Below, piece by piece: positions 11,340 to 22,168 of a DNA stretch of 40,098 nt. This DNA comes from Octopus bimaculoides (Eukaryota). Under the pieces are notes generated by a model. It had not been told where the DNA came from. It did not search any database and saw nothing but the letters and a program-made list of their open reading frames with translations. Numbering within the stretch: position 1 is the stretch's first letter; every line of letters begins with the position of its first letter. The position numbers and the translations under genes were made by a program. The stretch spans positions 45,287,550-45,327,647 of the forward strand of contig NC_068988.1 in NCBI RefSeq assembly GCF_001194135.2, in the 5' to 3' direction.

Positions 11340-12480
11340 AACGGTGGAACTCTGTTGTATTCGCCTAATTTCGGACACAGGTTCATAGTTCTTCAATATA
11401 TTGCATATCATCGTGCCAGCTAAAATACATATAGGAAAATCATAGACAGTAACACAATGGATCGAGATGGCAAGATAAATACAAGGTCCTTGAATGTATT
11501 ATTTCTGGAGGAGTAGCATTTTCACTTATAAACGCAGAGGCAATCTCATCGCTTGTTGGAAAATTGTGCCGCCTTATATTAAGGTTTCCACTGAAGCGTA
11601 GTTCATATTTTCGGGAGGCAATATTTTCCTGTTCTTCAAGATCTGCTCACCCATTGTATAAGTTCTAAAACATCATAATTTATTTTATTATAGTCACCAC
11701 ACCGGGCAAACATTCTGAATTGTGAGGTGCTTCTATCTGTTATAGTAAATCTTCATTAGATTCAATAATGTAAAGCTTGCAATCATTTTCAGGTGCAGAA
11801 TAGAGGTAGTTTGTTTTCCCTTGAATTGTAAAATTATAAAGCCTTTTTCTTCAGATCTAGTAAATTATGCACTAAATAAAGAAACTTAACAGCTATAATT
11901 ATTTCAGATATTTTCTTGAATTTATTAGCTCCTTCATTATTCCCATCAAATATTAACTGGAGTTCATCAGGATAAGGCTGCTGAAGAGAAAATCGCAATT
12001 TATCACTATTTCTGAATCCTAGTGTTATAATGAGGACATGTTTTGCCCATTTCTCTGATGTTGTGTGTTTCAATTACCACTTCTTCATTTTAAGGTCATA
12101 TCATAAATACACAATACCATCTCTGACGCTATCTTTTTGCTTGATAAATTTCTTAAACATTCTTTGTTTGTGTTTTCCTGTTGTGCTCGATTCCTTTCTC
12201 AAAGTTTTCTTGATATTCTGCCCACTGTTCTTCATTCATATCATTTCATTGCTTTCCACTCTCTCAGCTTTTCATCGTCCATCTTTTCTCATCATATCTG
12301 TTGACTTTTTCTTTGACACCTTAGGTATCTTGCCCATTTCAGCTCAGTCATGTTGGCTTTTCTTATCCGTTGGTTTAGTCTTATAACATTTATTTCCTGT
12401 CTTTGTTTCTTTTTCTCATCCTTAGCCTGTATCATCTCATTTTTCTTCTCTTATCGTTTCAAGTATTCAAGTCTTTAATT
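11340..12480 (-). mobile_element. Decayed Helitron RepHel N-terminal fragment
   Basis: One minus frame over 11640-11401 reads NIRRHNFPTSDEIASAFISENATPPE...[21 protein letters not shown], matching the Helitron motif RRYN.PT.DE.A...DP..YPL.FP.G..GWH. Upstream, PYPDELQLIFDGNNEGANKF (ORF 11834..12073) fits the preceding motif. 12100-12480 is charged, low-complexity and less certain. Confidence 0.72.
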
Positions 12481-13452
12481 TCGTTTCAAACTGAAATTTA
12501 TTTAAATGTGAAGTGAGAATAAAATTTATCGTGCAAACTTTGAAAAAAATGTAAGAAAATAATGTAAAATGAGAATAAAACTTGGAGTGCCGAAAATTTT
12601 CAAAAGTTTACAAAGATAAAAGATAACAAGCAAAAAGAAAAAAAAAGAAAAAAACTGGAATGCCTTCCTTTCTGATTATTATCTGCTGCCTCATGAAAAT
12701 AAAGTGTTTACTTTGCAAAAAGTGAAGGTGAAAGCATTTTTCTTTTGCAAAAGAGTGAAAATGTTTTCCCAGAAAATAAACAATAAACAAAAAATAAGAA
12801 GCAATGAAAGTATTCAACAATAATAGTTAAATAAATCTTGGACAGCAGAATGCTGTCTAGATAATGTATGCATCCAGTGTAAATAGTATGTTGATTTGCT
12901 GTAGAATTGAGGGGAAAAAGAGAGAGAAATGAAATGAAGAAACCAAAGGAAACTGATGCGCATCGTACACAATTAGATTTCTATTTAATCGAGTTTACGT
13001 GGTGTTGTGCATTTCTTAATCTAGGACTTAAATACTCATTGAAATATATTAAATCTGTTTCTTATTTGTAATAAAGGATTTGAACAATTATTTAAAGGTA
13101 TTAGATGCTAGCGTCCTTTATATTAGAAAATGAATAAAACTGTCATATCACCCAGGCATATACATTTTATGCGAAGGAAAATATTTTCAATTTTGATTTC
13201 CTTTGAAGTATAATATGCGTCCACAAATTGTAAGCAGAATAACATTATACTTTTTTGATAATTACTGCATGTTTCAATATCTCTTTTGGTCCAGCAGTCA
13301 TATCCTTTTCTATTGGATCGAATATATTATAGTGTATGGAAGTAAAGATTATTATTATCCGTTTTGATTAGTTTGATCTCGAGTCGTTATCCGGTATATT
13401 ATTCCTGGAAGTATCGTTTTGCGAGACTGTGTTTTTCTCATGTGTGCTAACT

Positions 13453-13526
13453 ATTGCATTCTTCTAACCATGTTTTACATACACACAAGTTTGTGTGTAT
13501 AAAAAGCATGGTTAGAAGCATGCAAT
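13453..13526. repeat. 74-nt near-perfect palindrome/hairpin
   Basis: Arms of about 36 nt (ATTGCATTCTTCTAACCATGTTTTACATACACACAA versus the reverse complement of TTGTGTGTATAAAAAGCATGGTTAGAAGCATGCAAT), 4 mismatches, 2-nt centre. Confidence 0.85.
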
Positions 13527-15779
13527 GTATGTGTGTGTGTGGTATGTTTGTGTTTGTGTGTATGTTAATTATTAACTAATGATTACACTATAACATTATA
13601 ACTTGGAGTTTTGCCATTCTGTGACAAACCAGGTAATGCAGAAAAAAAATTTATGAGCATTCATCGGTTTAGTGAGACATTATGATTTACTGTTACAAAT
13701 TACGGTTTAAATTGCTGCACGATATTGTAAATTTGTGATCGTTCAGAATTATTAATTAGTAGAAGAATAATGTCAAGTTATAAAATATGCATGTAGGGGT
13801 ATTTGTCGGTTCAGTGTATGTGTAAATTTGTTAATATATCGATATATGTTTCTTAAAAATGAGAGAGATATGATAAAAGGGGAAAAGATCTCATTATTTT
13901 TGAAAATGATAATAATGTCGTATGAGACATGTCGCCGTGGTATTTAGAAGATAACAGCATCCCTGCAAGCAATGAGATAATAATTCTCTGTTTCTTCAAT
14001 GTGTTAGTGCAGTGTATTAGCAGAAAACGTTTCTCAAGTACGCATAAACGACAAAATAATTTATTGGCACAAGAAATATTTTGGCTGAGTTCTTAGTTTT
14101 TAGATAAGCAGATATAAGTGACCAGCATGGTGTCCAATTTCTTCCAATTTCTGAAAGTATAATTATGATGATAATATTTAATTTTGAATAGAGTTGCAGT
14201 TAAAAATGTATAATCGGTACCATTAGGACGAAAATTAGATTTGACTGCGATGGAGAAAATAAATTATCAGACTCTTCAAGACATTTATTATTAACAGCAT
14301 AGGTATTTAGAAATTAGTAGCCAGAGGTTGTGTTCTTATTGTTTTTACCGAATTGCAAATTTAATGTATTTCTTTTTAGTGGGGCGGATTGTTAAGCAAT
14401 TGTGGTTATTGCATAACATGCCACAAATGTCTTCAATATTCAGGATTGTATTTCTGTTGCCATGTGTCGGTATCTGTTTATTCATCTGAAAGAAATTATT
14501 ATCTTTCCCCACTCTTGGAAATCCTTGCATAGCTCCCGTGGCGATAATTTATCACTATCACTATCACTTTCTGTGAGTTCTTTCTCTCGGGAGAAGCAAA
14601 GAGCGTTGATAACTATCAGTGCCACACTGCTGTTTCTGCTACAGGGCTATTTTGTAACTCTTGCAGCCACCACTCTGTTCATAGTAGTATATATACGTAT
14701 ATATAATGGATATAAAGATCTTTGAAGACCAGGTTTTCTACATTTTGCATTGCATGTATTGTCTAACAGTTTCCATTAACTGAACTATTTTCTTCATTTT
14801 GGGATTTTCAGCATTCTTAGAGAGAAAATTGTCAACTATTTGCTTGATTAATCTCAGATGATCGCATTGTTAAAACTTATCATATTCCATGTGTGAGACT
14901 CTATTGTGCTTGTATCTAGTATTCAGAACACTTCTCCGGAGTATTTTCCTCCTCTGCCATGTTGTGGGTTTTCTTAATCAGCATCAACATATTCCCTCTA
15001 TTTCTACATACATTGATCGCCATCAATTTTTCCAGGTTAGTTGATATCTCATGAGAACACATAAGTTCGTTGTTTACATCATCTGATTTTAAAGATGATT
15101 TTTCACTTTAATAAGCATTGTCTGTGGTGTCAAAACCTTTTAATCAACAGATTCGGTTTGAGTTATTTCCCTTGTTTGATGTTACATATTCAATATCCCG
15201 AGAAGAATTTTCCTAATAATTGCTTGAATAATTTCATTTGACTGAAAATTTACAACTCATCATATCACACATATGAGACACTGCTATACTAACTGTGCAT
15301 GTATTTAGTATATGAAATGCTCAATATATATCAAAATATATCTAGGCAAATATCTGTTTATCTGTATGTTAGTATTCATAAGTAAACTACTATATTACTG
15401 TGATAATTTGATCTAAGTACAAGATATTTAATATATCGACACTCTAAACCAGATAGTATATTTTTTCCTTGTTCATAGACGTTTTTTTTTTCTAAATTCT
15501 TCATACAGGAAATATTTCTGTTATCCACACACACACACGTGCATTTATTTATATTTATATATATANNNNNNNNNNNNNNNNNNNNNNNNNNNNNNNNNNN
15601 NNNNNNNNNNNNNNNNNNNNNNNNNNNNNNNNNNNNNNNNNNNNNNNNNNNNNNNNNNNNNNNNNNNNNNNNNNNNNNNNNNNNNNNNNNNNNNNNNNNN
15701 NNNNNNNNNNNNNNNNNNNNNNNNNNNNNTATATATTATGTGCGTGCATGCATGTGTGTGTATATATACATATATTCTT

Positions 15780-15827
15780 TTATACATTTCAGCCCTAAGG
15801 TTGTGACCATGCTGGGGCACCGCCACC
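15780..15827 (-). mobile_element. SINE family A 3' tail fragment
   Basis: Reverse complement GGTGGCGGTGCCCCAGCATGGTCAC matches the family A tail. Confidence 0.6.
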
Positions 15828-16210
15828 ATATATATATATATATATATATATTTGTATGTATGTATGTATGTATGTATACACATGCACATATTTTTGTATG
15901 TGAGCATTCATGTGTGCACGCCGATGTGTTCATAGGCGTGTGAGTATGATACGTAAAGAGATTACAAAAATCTAAGTATGATATTATTGATCTATCATTG
16001 CCCTCTATTACTGAAAGTATAAAAAAAAGCAATGTGCAAAGGCTTTACTAGAGCTGAATGTCAAAGAATTTCTTGAGACATGCCAATAAATGGCGTTCTT
16101 CGGATAAATATGGAGAGGTTTCCAGATTGTCTTTGTATTTGTGGGGATATATTTCTTTATTTTCCTTTCCCATATATAAACTTGAATGGTTTTATATAAA
16201 TATATTATAA

Positions 16211-16620
16211 CGATGATGATGATGATGATGATGGTGGTGGTGATGATGGTGATGGTGATGGTGGTGGTGATGGTTGTGGTGATGGTGGCGGTGGCGGTAT
16301 ATGATGAGACTTTTGGCTATGATGGTGTTGGTGGTGTTAATGTGAACCATGTTAGAAATGAGATAATGTTGATATCATTGGTGTTGATACGAAAGATGGT
16401 ATTGGTTGTGGTGGTGATGGTGCTAGTTGTGGTAGTGGTGGTGATAGCGGTAGAGGTAGTGGTACACATCGTAATTTTCAGTATATTGGTGTCGGTATGA
16501 CTAGAGTTTGTATTTGAGGAAATTATGTTGATGATGTCTATATAGTTGTTGTTGATAATATCTGTGCTGATGGTCGTCACGACGATAACGTTGACGATGA
16601 CGACGGCGGTGGAGGTGGTA
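16211..16620. repeat. Degenerate (GAT)/(GGT)/(GTT) trinucleotide low-complexity tract
   Basis: Directly visible; yields M/V-rich and T/I-rich spurious ORFs. Confidence 0.85.
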
Positions 16621-17444
16621 ATAAATAGATGGCTTTATAAAATTTAAGTGTGTGTATATTTGTGTGTGTGTGAGTGTGTGTGTGTGTGCTTATATGTATA
16701 GTTTCATATAAGATATTCACTAACAACAACATAATTCATATAAGAATAGGTTTGTATTAAACAATATGAATATGTATGCACGTACGTATGTTTGTATTTA
16801 TGGATGGTTGTTTATATGTATGTTTGTGGTGTATACATATATTTATATACGTTATACTTGTATTAAGAAAAATAAGTATGATATATGAGTGCATGTGTAT
16901 ATACATACATATAGGTTATGCGTGAGTATNNNNNNNNNNNNNNNNNNNNNNNNNNNNNNNNNNNNNNNNNNNNNNNNNNNNNNNNNNNNNNNNNNNNNNN
17001 NNNNNNNNNNNNNNNNNNNNNNNNNNNNNNNNNNNNNNNNNNNNNNNNNNNNNNNNNNNNNNNNNNNNNNNNNNNNNNNNNNNNNNNNNNNNNNNNNNNN
17101 NNNNNNNNNNNNNNNNNNNNNNNNNNNNNNNNNNNNNNNNNNNNNNNNNNNNNNNNNNNNNNNNNNNNNNNNNNNNNNNNNNNNNNNNNNNNNNNNNNNN
17201 NNNNNNNNNNNNNNNNNNNNNNNNNNNNNNNNNNNNNNNNNNNNNNNNNNNNNNNNNNNNNNNNNNNNNNNNNNNNNNNNNNNNNNNNNNNNNNNNNNNN
17301 NNNNNNNNNNNNNNNNNNNNNNNNNNNNNNNNNNNNNNNNNNNNNNNNNNNNNNNNNNNNNNNNNNNNNNNNNNNNNNNNNNNNNNNNNNNNNNNNNNNN
17401 NNNNNNNNNNNNNNNNNNNNNNNNNNNNNNNNNNNNNNNNNNNN

Positions 17445-17507
<63 letters not shown>
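17445..17507. repeat. (GT)n microsatellite
   Basis: Directly visible, adjacent to a gap. Confidence 0.95.
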
Positions 17508-17508
<1 letters not shown>

Positions 17509-17704
17509 ACATATATATCTATATATATTTGCATAGAGGTGAGAATATATATAATTTAAGTGTATTTTCTATATGCATATCTTATGTGTATATACACATA
17601 TAGACAATATATCAATATGTTTATGTTTGGATATTTATATACATTTGCCTATGTATACACATATGCATATGCATTCATAGATCAGATATATGTGTACGTA
17701 CATT

Positions 17705-17735
<31 letters not shown>

Positions 17736-18670
17736 NNNNNNNNNNNNNNNNNNNNNNNNNNNNNNNNNNNNNNNNNNNNNNNNNNNNNNNNNNNNNNNNN
17801 NNNNNNNNNNNNNNNNNNNNNNNNNNNNNNNNNNNNNNNNNNNNNNNNNNNNNNNNNNNNNNNNNNNNNNNNNNNNNNNNNTATAAAGATGGATAGATAT
17901 ACACGTACATATATGTATATATATACATATATTTTATATACATACATATACACACACACATATATACATATATATATATATACACACACATATATATATA
18001 TGCATATATACATGTGTGTGTAAACATATGTATATATTTATATACGTATGCATGTTTGTATATATATGAACAGTCGTCTATTTATTCCAATAGTGTTTTA
18101 CATAAGATTCTGGACAGTTACAGAGTGGCAACATTTTTGTTGTTTTGTTCTGTTATTGTAGTCTGGTACAAATTTGACAGCAATGAAATAGTTAAGTAAT
18201 ACACATTATCGTCATTATTTATATCTGATATTTCTCCATTCACTATTGTAAATGCTGGTCTCCAACAAATCGACAAGCTTCTATTGTTATGATATAGACT
18301 CTATCAAGAACTTATAATCGGTGTATTTCGGACATGTGGTAACTGCCAAAACCTATAGAGATGGGCGTCAATTGACCCGAGTCTGCGACCCAGACATGAT
18401 TTTTGTACGCAGCTATTTTAGTTTCTTTCTATTACATACATCTACTATGCCGCTATACCATTAGTTGTTTTTGTATTGTTATCATTGTTGTCAATGTCCC
18501 TACCGTCACCATTACCCACATGATCGTCGTCGTTGTCATGATGATGATCATCAATCATTGCATTATTATTGTTGTTTGTCGGGAAGATAAAAAAGAAGAA
18601 AAATGAAAGGCTTTCTTGTGATGATTGTACCAAGCACTACTTTATTATATGTGGCCTTCATTTTATTAAG

Positions 18671-19037
18671 ATTGTGATATTGGAGAGATTTAGTTGTTAT
18701 TTCTAGCAAGTCAGTCGTCTATGTTGTGGTTCCATTCTAACGGGACCATTCGTTGTCCATGCTATTCTCACTGTCACCATAACCCTCATTCTTGTCATCG
18801 ATGTATTCCTTATCATCATCATTGCATTATAGCGCTTAGATTCCGTTCAGCCCTCATCGGCAGGGAAAATAATCGAAAGCCTTCTCCTGATCCTTATCTT
18901 TTCTTTTAAAGCCAGTCTATATACCGAGCACTGCTTTATCAAATGTGTCCATCATTTTATTTAGCTATTACATTGTGATTTCAGAAAGATTTAGTTACTA
19001 TTTCTAGCAAATCAGTCGTCTGTATTGTGGCTCCATT
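18671..19037 (+). repeat. Imperfect 66-bp direct repeat (18671-18736 and 18972-19037)
   Basis: Both read ATTGTGAT...AGATTTAGTT..TATTTCTAGCAA.TCAGTCGTCT..TTGTGG.TCCATT, roughly 80% identical by eye. Confidence 0.7.
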
Positions 19038-19265
19038 GCAGCGTCTCCATGTTTGTGAATTGAAGAGAGACTTATTGTAAACGTTACATTTCACTAAGAT
19101 TGTCAATATCTGGTGACGAACACTAACCAGATGTAAAAACAATTAACTTAAAGACCAAACGTATCTCTGTGGTTAACAAGATTTCTTTATATGGAATATG
19201 TTGTCTATTGACTTTTTTACATGCTAGGCCACTGGTAGTATAACTCTGTATAGTTTTGGTACCCC

Positions 19266-19300
19266 CTCTCTCTCTCGCTCTCTCTCTCTCTCTCGCTCTC

Positions 19301-19336
<36 letters not shown>

Positions 19337-19348
19337 GCTCTCTCTCTC
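19266..19348. repeat. (CT)n with periodic G interruptions (19277, 19295, 19313, 19337)
   Basis: Directly visible; spacings are 18, 18 and 24 bp. Confidence 0.9.
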
Positions 19349-19608
19349 NNNNNNNNNNNNNNNNNNNNNNNNNNNNNNNNNNNNNNNNNNNNNNNNNNNN
19401 NNNNNNNNNNNNNNNNNNNNNNNNNNNNNNNNNNNNNNNNNNNNNNNNNNNNNNNNNNNNNNNNNNNNNNNNNNNNNNNNNNNNNNNNNNNNNNNNNNNN
19501 NNNNNNNNNNNNNNNNNNNNNNNNNNNNNNNNNNNNNNNNNNNNNNNNNNNNNNNNNNNNNNNNNNNNNNNNNNNNNNNNNNNNNNNNNNNNNNNTATAA
19601 GAAAAAAA

Positions 19609-20430
19609 AGTTAAGGTAGAAAACGTTAAAATAATTTTATCATAAAAAACATTTTAGTACCGGTTTCAGTCATTGAGACTTTTTCAACTCGAAGTATAGA
19701 AAACAATGAAACTTTAGAAAAGTTAAATGAAAACTGTTTTTAAAAGAATATTTGCATAGTGTTCAAATACAAGGAGCATTTTCGTTGTTACTGCTTGTTT
19801 CTGTCTCTCTTGTTTACTCTTGTTAGTTCGAGGTCGTTGTGAATTCTTGGCAGGGAAGAAGAAGAAGAAGAAGAAGAAGAAGAAGAAGAAGAAGAAGAAG
19901 AAGAAGAAGAAGAATGCGGGAGTGGTATGATAGCAGTAGGATGTTAGATGGTCAAGTGCCCTGAAAGTGACTTGTTATGGATGGTAGTAGTGATTGAATT
20001 CTTGAGATATCTCTTTTGAATGTATTGTTTTTTTTAATATTTGCGTGGGTGTTATTGTAAGCAGCAGTGGTAGTAAAGCAAAAAAGGAGGTAGCGGAGAG
20101 GAAGAAGAAGACGAAGAAGAAGGAGCAGAAGAAGACAAAGAACAATAATAAAAGTGGGAGTGGTATGATAGTAGTTAGATGTTAAATGGTCTCTGCCAAG
20201 AATTCACAATGACCTCGAACCAACAAGAGTAAAGAAGAAAGACAGGCAGAAACAAGGAAAATGCCCCCTGTATTTGACTACTATGCGAATATTCTTTTAA
20301 AAAACTTTTCATTTAATTTTTCCAAAATTTAATTGTTTGTCATACTTCGAGTTGAAAAAGTCTCAATGACTGAAACCAGTACTAAAATGATTTTTATGAT
20401 AAAATTACTTTAGCATTTTCTACCTTGACT
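19609..20430. mobile_element. Foldback/MITE-like element with about 240-bp terminal inverted repeats
   Basis: 19609-19853 (AGTTAAGGTAGAAAACG...GAATTCTTGGCAG) is the diverged reverse complement of 20193-20430. The spacer holds (GAA)n at 19856-19913 and a 36-bp direct repeat (19918-19953 and 20156-20191). No TSD seen. Confidence 0.8.
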
Positions 20431-20450
20431 TCTATCTATCTACCTATCTA

Positions 20451-20483
<33 letters not shown>

Positions 20484-20544
20484 NNNNNNNNNNNNNNNNN
20501 NNNNNNNNNNNNNNNNNNNNNNNNNNNNNNNNNNNNNNNNNNNN

Positions 20545-20586
<42 letters not shown>

Positions 20587-21838
20587 GCCAGTCTCCTCAA
20601 ACACATCCATATATGTTAGATCTCTTTTAGTGCTACTCTTAGTATGACAACTTGTGGCATGAGCGAGCTGTTGATGGCTAAATCGGCAACCGTACGAAAC
20701 CTATTCGGTAAGGATGGTGATTTCCGTTGGGTTCCCTACAGGACAAAGAACATAAATCTGTCAAAAGGCGGATGAATTCAGTACAGCGTCAATGATTGAA
20801 AATCTGCCCTTCGTTTGGTTCCTGAACATCCAGCACTGGGATCTGATTTAAAAGCATTTGGGTTGCTACTTCTAGCAGGTGAAGCATGGCTTATTCACGC
20901 CATCTTGGTTGGCTTTTATCAGATGACGTCAAAGATCATCGGGGAGATAAATGACATTTGCTTCGTTAATTTTACATAGAGATAAAACCTTTGAGACAAA
21001 CTGGCCAACAGTTGGAATTAGAGTTGGGACTGGAACAATAGAATGATTGCCTTACAGAATTAATTCCCATCTGTCCTTAACCTCTGATCAAGCACCACCG
21101 GAGAATATAGTAATTATATACGTATTATAGTCATGCTATTTAGCTCTCTTTAGTTTTGGGCCGCAGGCTTAATTAGCTCTCTTCAGGAGCCAGCATAAAA
21201 GTCTGCACGGAGTGCAGCTTTGAAGCTAGTGAAATATAAAAGTGCTCAATATAACTTTGTGTTGGTAGTGTACAGAAACTTGTATGTGTTTATTTGTGTG
21301 TGTGATAACTAAGGAAAACAAATCCAAAACCACATTCTCATTCTATTTAACCGCTCGATCATCCATACACATTAGCAAGCTAGAAACAAAACGACATTGT
21401 TTCCAATTCATTGATGTGTACAACTGTACAACACAACAAACAGTCCTGGAGTGAAATACCTTTTCATACACAAACACCATACACCCATTAAATTATAATC
21501 AAACTCTTATCGTTAATAACTTAGGTTTCTTGCCAGTAGAGTTGGTCTCTTGACATTCATACAGTCATTCAGCAGTTTGTCTGTAGGCCAGGATGGAGAA
21601 AGATAAAAAAGATGGCTAACTAAATCACAAGACCCCTGCAAAAGAAGTTAAAATAATGGTCTTGTTTCAAGACACAATTTTATCATCATCATATCATTCT
21701 TCTTCTTCTTCTTCTTCTTCTTCTTCTTCTTCTTCTTCNNNNNNNNNNNNNNNNNNNNNNNNNNNNNNNNNNNNNNNNNNNNNNNNNNNNNNNNNNNNNN
21801 NNNNNNNNNNNNNNNNNNNNNNNNNNNNNNNNNNNNNN

Positions 21839-21920
21839 CATCCTTTCGGGGTCGATAAATTAAGTACCAGTTGCGTACTGGGTCGATAATTTCGGGCCTT
21901 GTACCTAGAGTAGAAATAAA

Positions 21921-21976
<56 letters not shown>
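21839..21976 (+). mobile_element. SINE family B 3' part with (ATT)n tail
   Basis: CATCCTTTCGGGGTCGATAAATTAAGTACC...GGGCCTTG then (ATT)n at about 21924-21976; the 5' part lies in a gap. Confidence 0.8.
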
Positions 21977-21978
<2 letters not shown>

Positions 21979-22168
21979 GGCGGCGATCTGGCAAAATCAT
22001 TAGCACGCTGGGCGAAATGCTTAGCGGTATTTCGCTCGTCGCTACGTTCTGAGTTCAAATTACACCGAGATCGACGTTGCTTTTCATCCTTTCGGGGTCG
22101 ATAAATTAAGTCCCGTCCCCACAAATTTTAGACCTTGTGTCTCCAGTTGAAAGGATTATTATTATTAT
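21977..22168 (+). mobile_element. SINE family B with short (ATT)n tail
   Basis: Head AAGGCGGCGATCTGGCAAAATC...GAGTTCAAATT (A/B-box-like), body as at 21839 and 37990, tail (ATT)n at 22155-22168. Confidence 0.85.

Noticed and set aside
13100-13300. Minus-strand QFVDAYY...LRIKCICLGD resembling a Helitron QQxxVDAY motif
   Set aside because: The match is weak and lies upstream of the 11340-12100 relic, whereas the motif should lie downstream.
14349-14485. Possible minus-strand exon MNKQIPTHG...KFAI with good splice signals
   Set aside because: No recognisable homology and no partner exons; needs RNA-seq or TBLASTN.
18162-18195. WYKFDSNEIV resembling the USP protease W..FDD motif
   Set aside because: Only 34 bp, the key DD is absent, and no other USP motifs are nearby.
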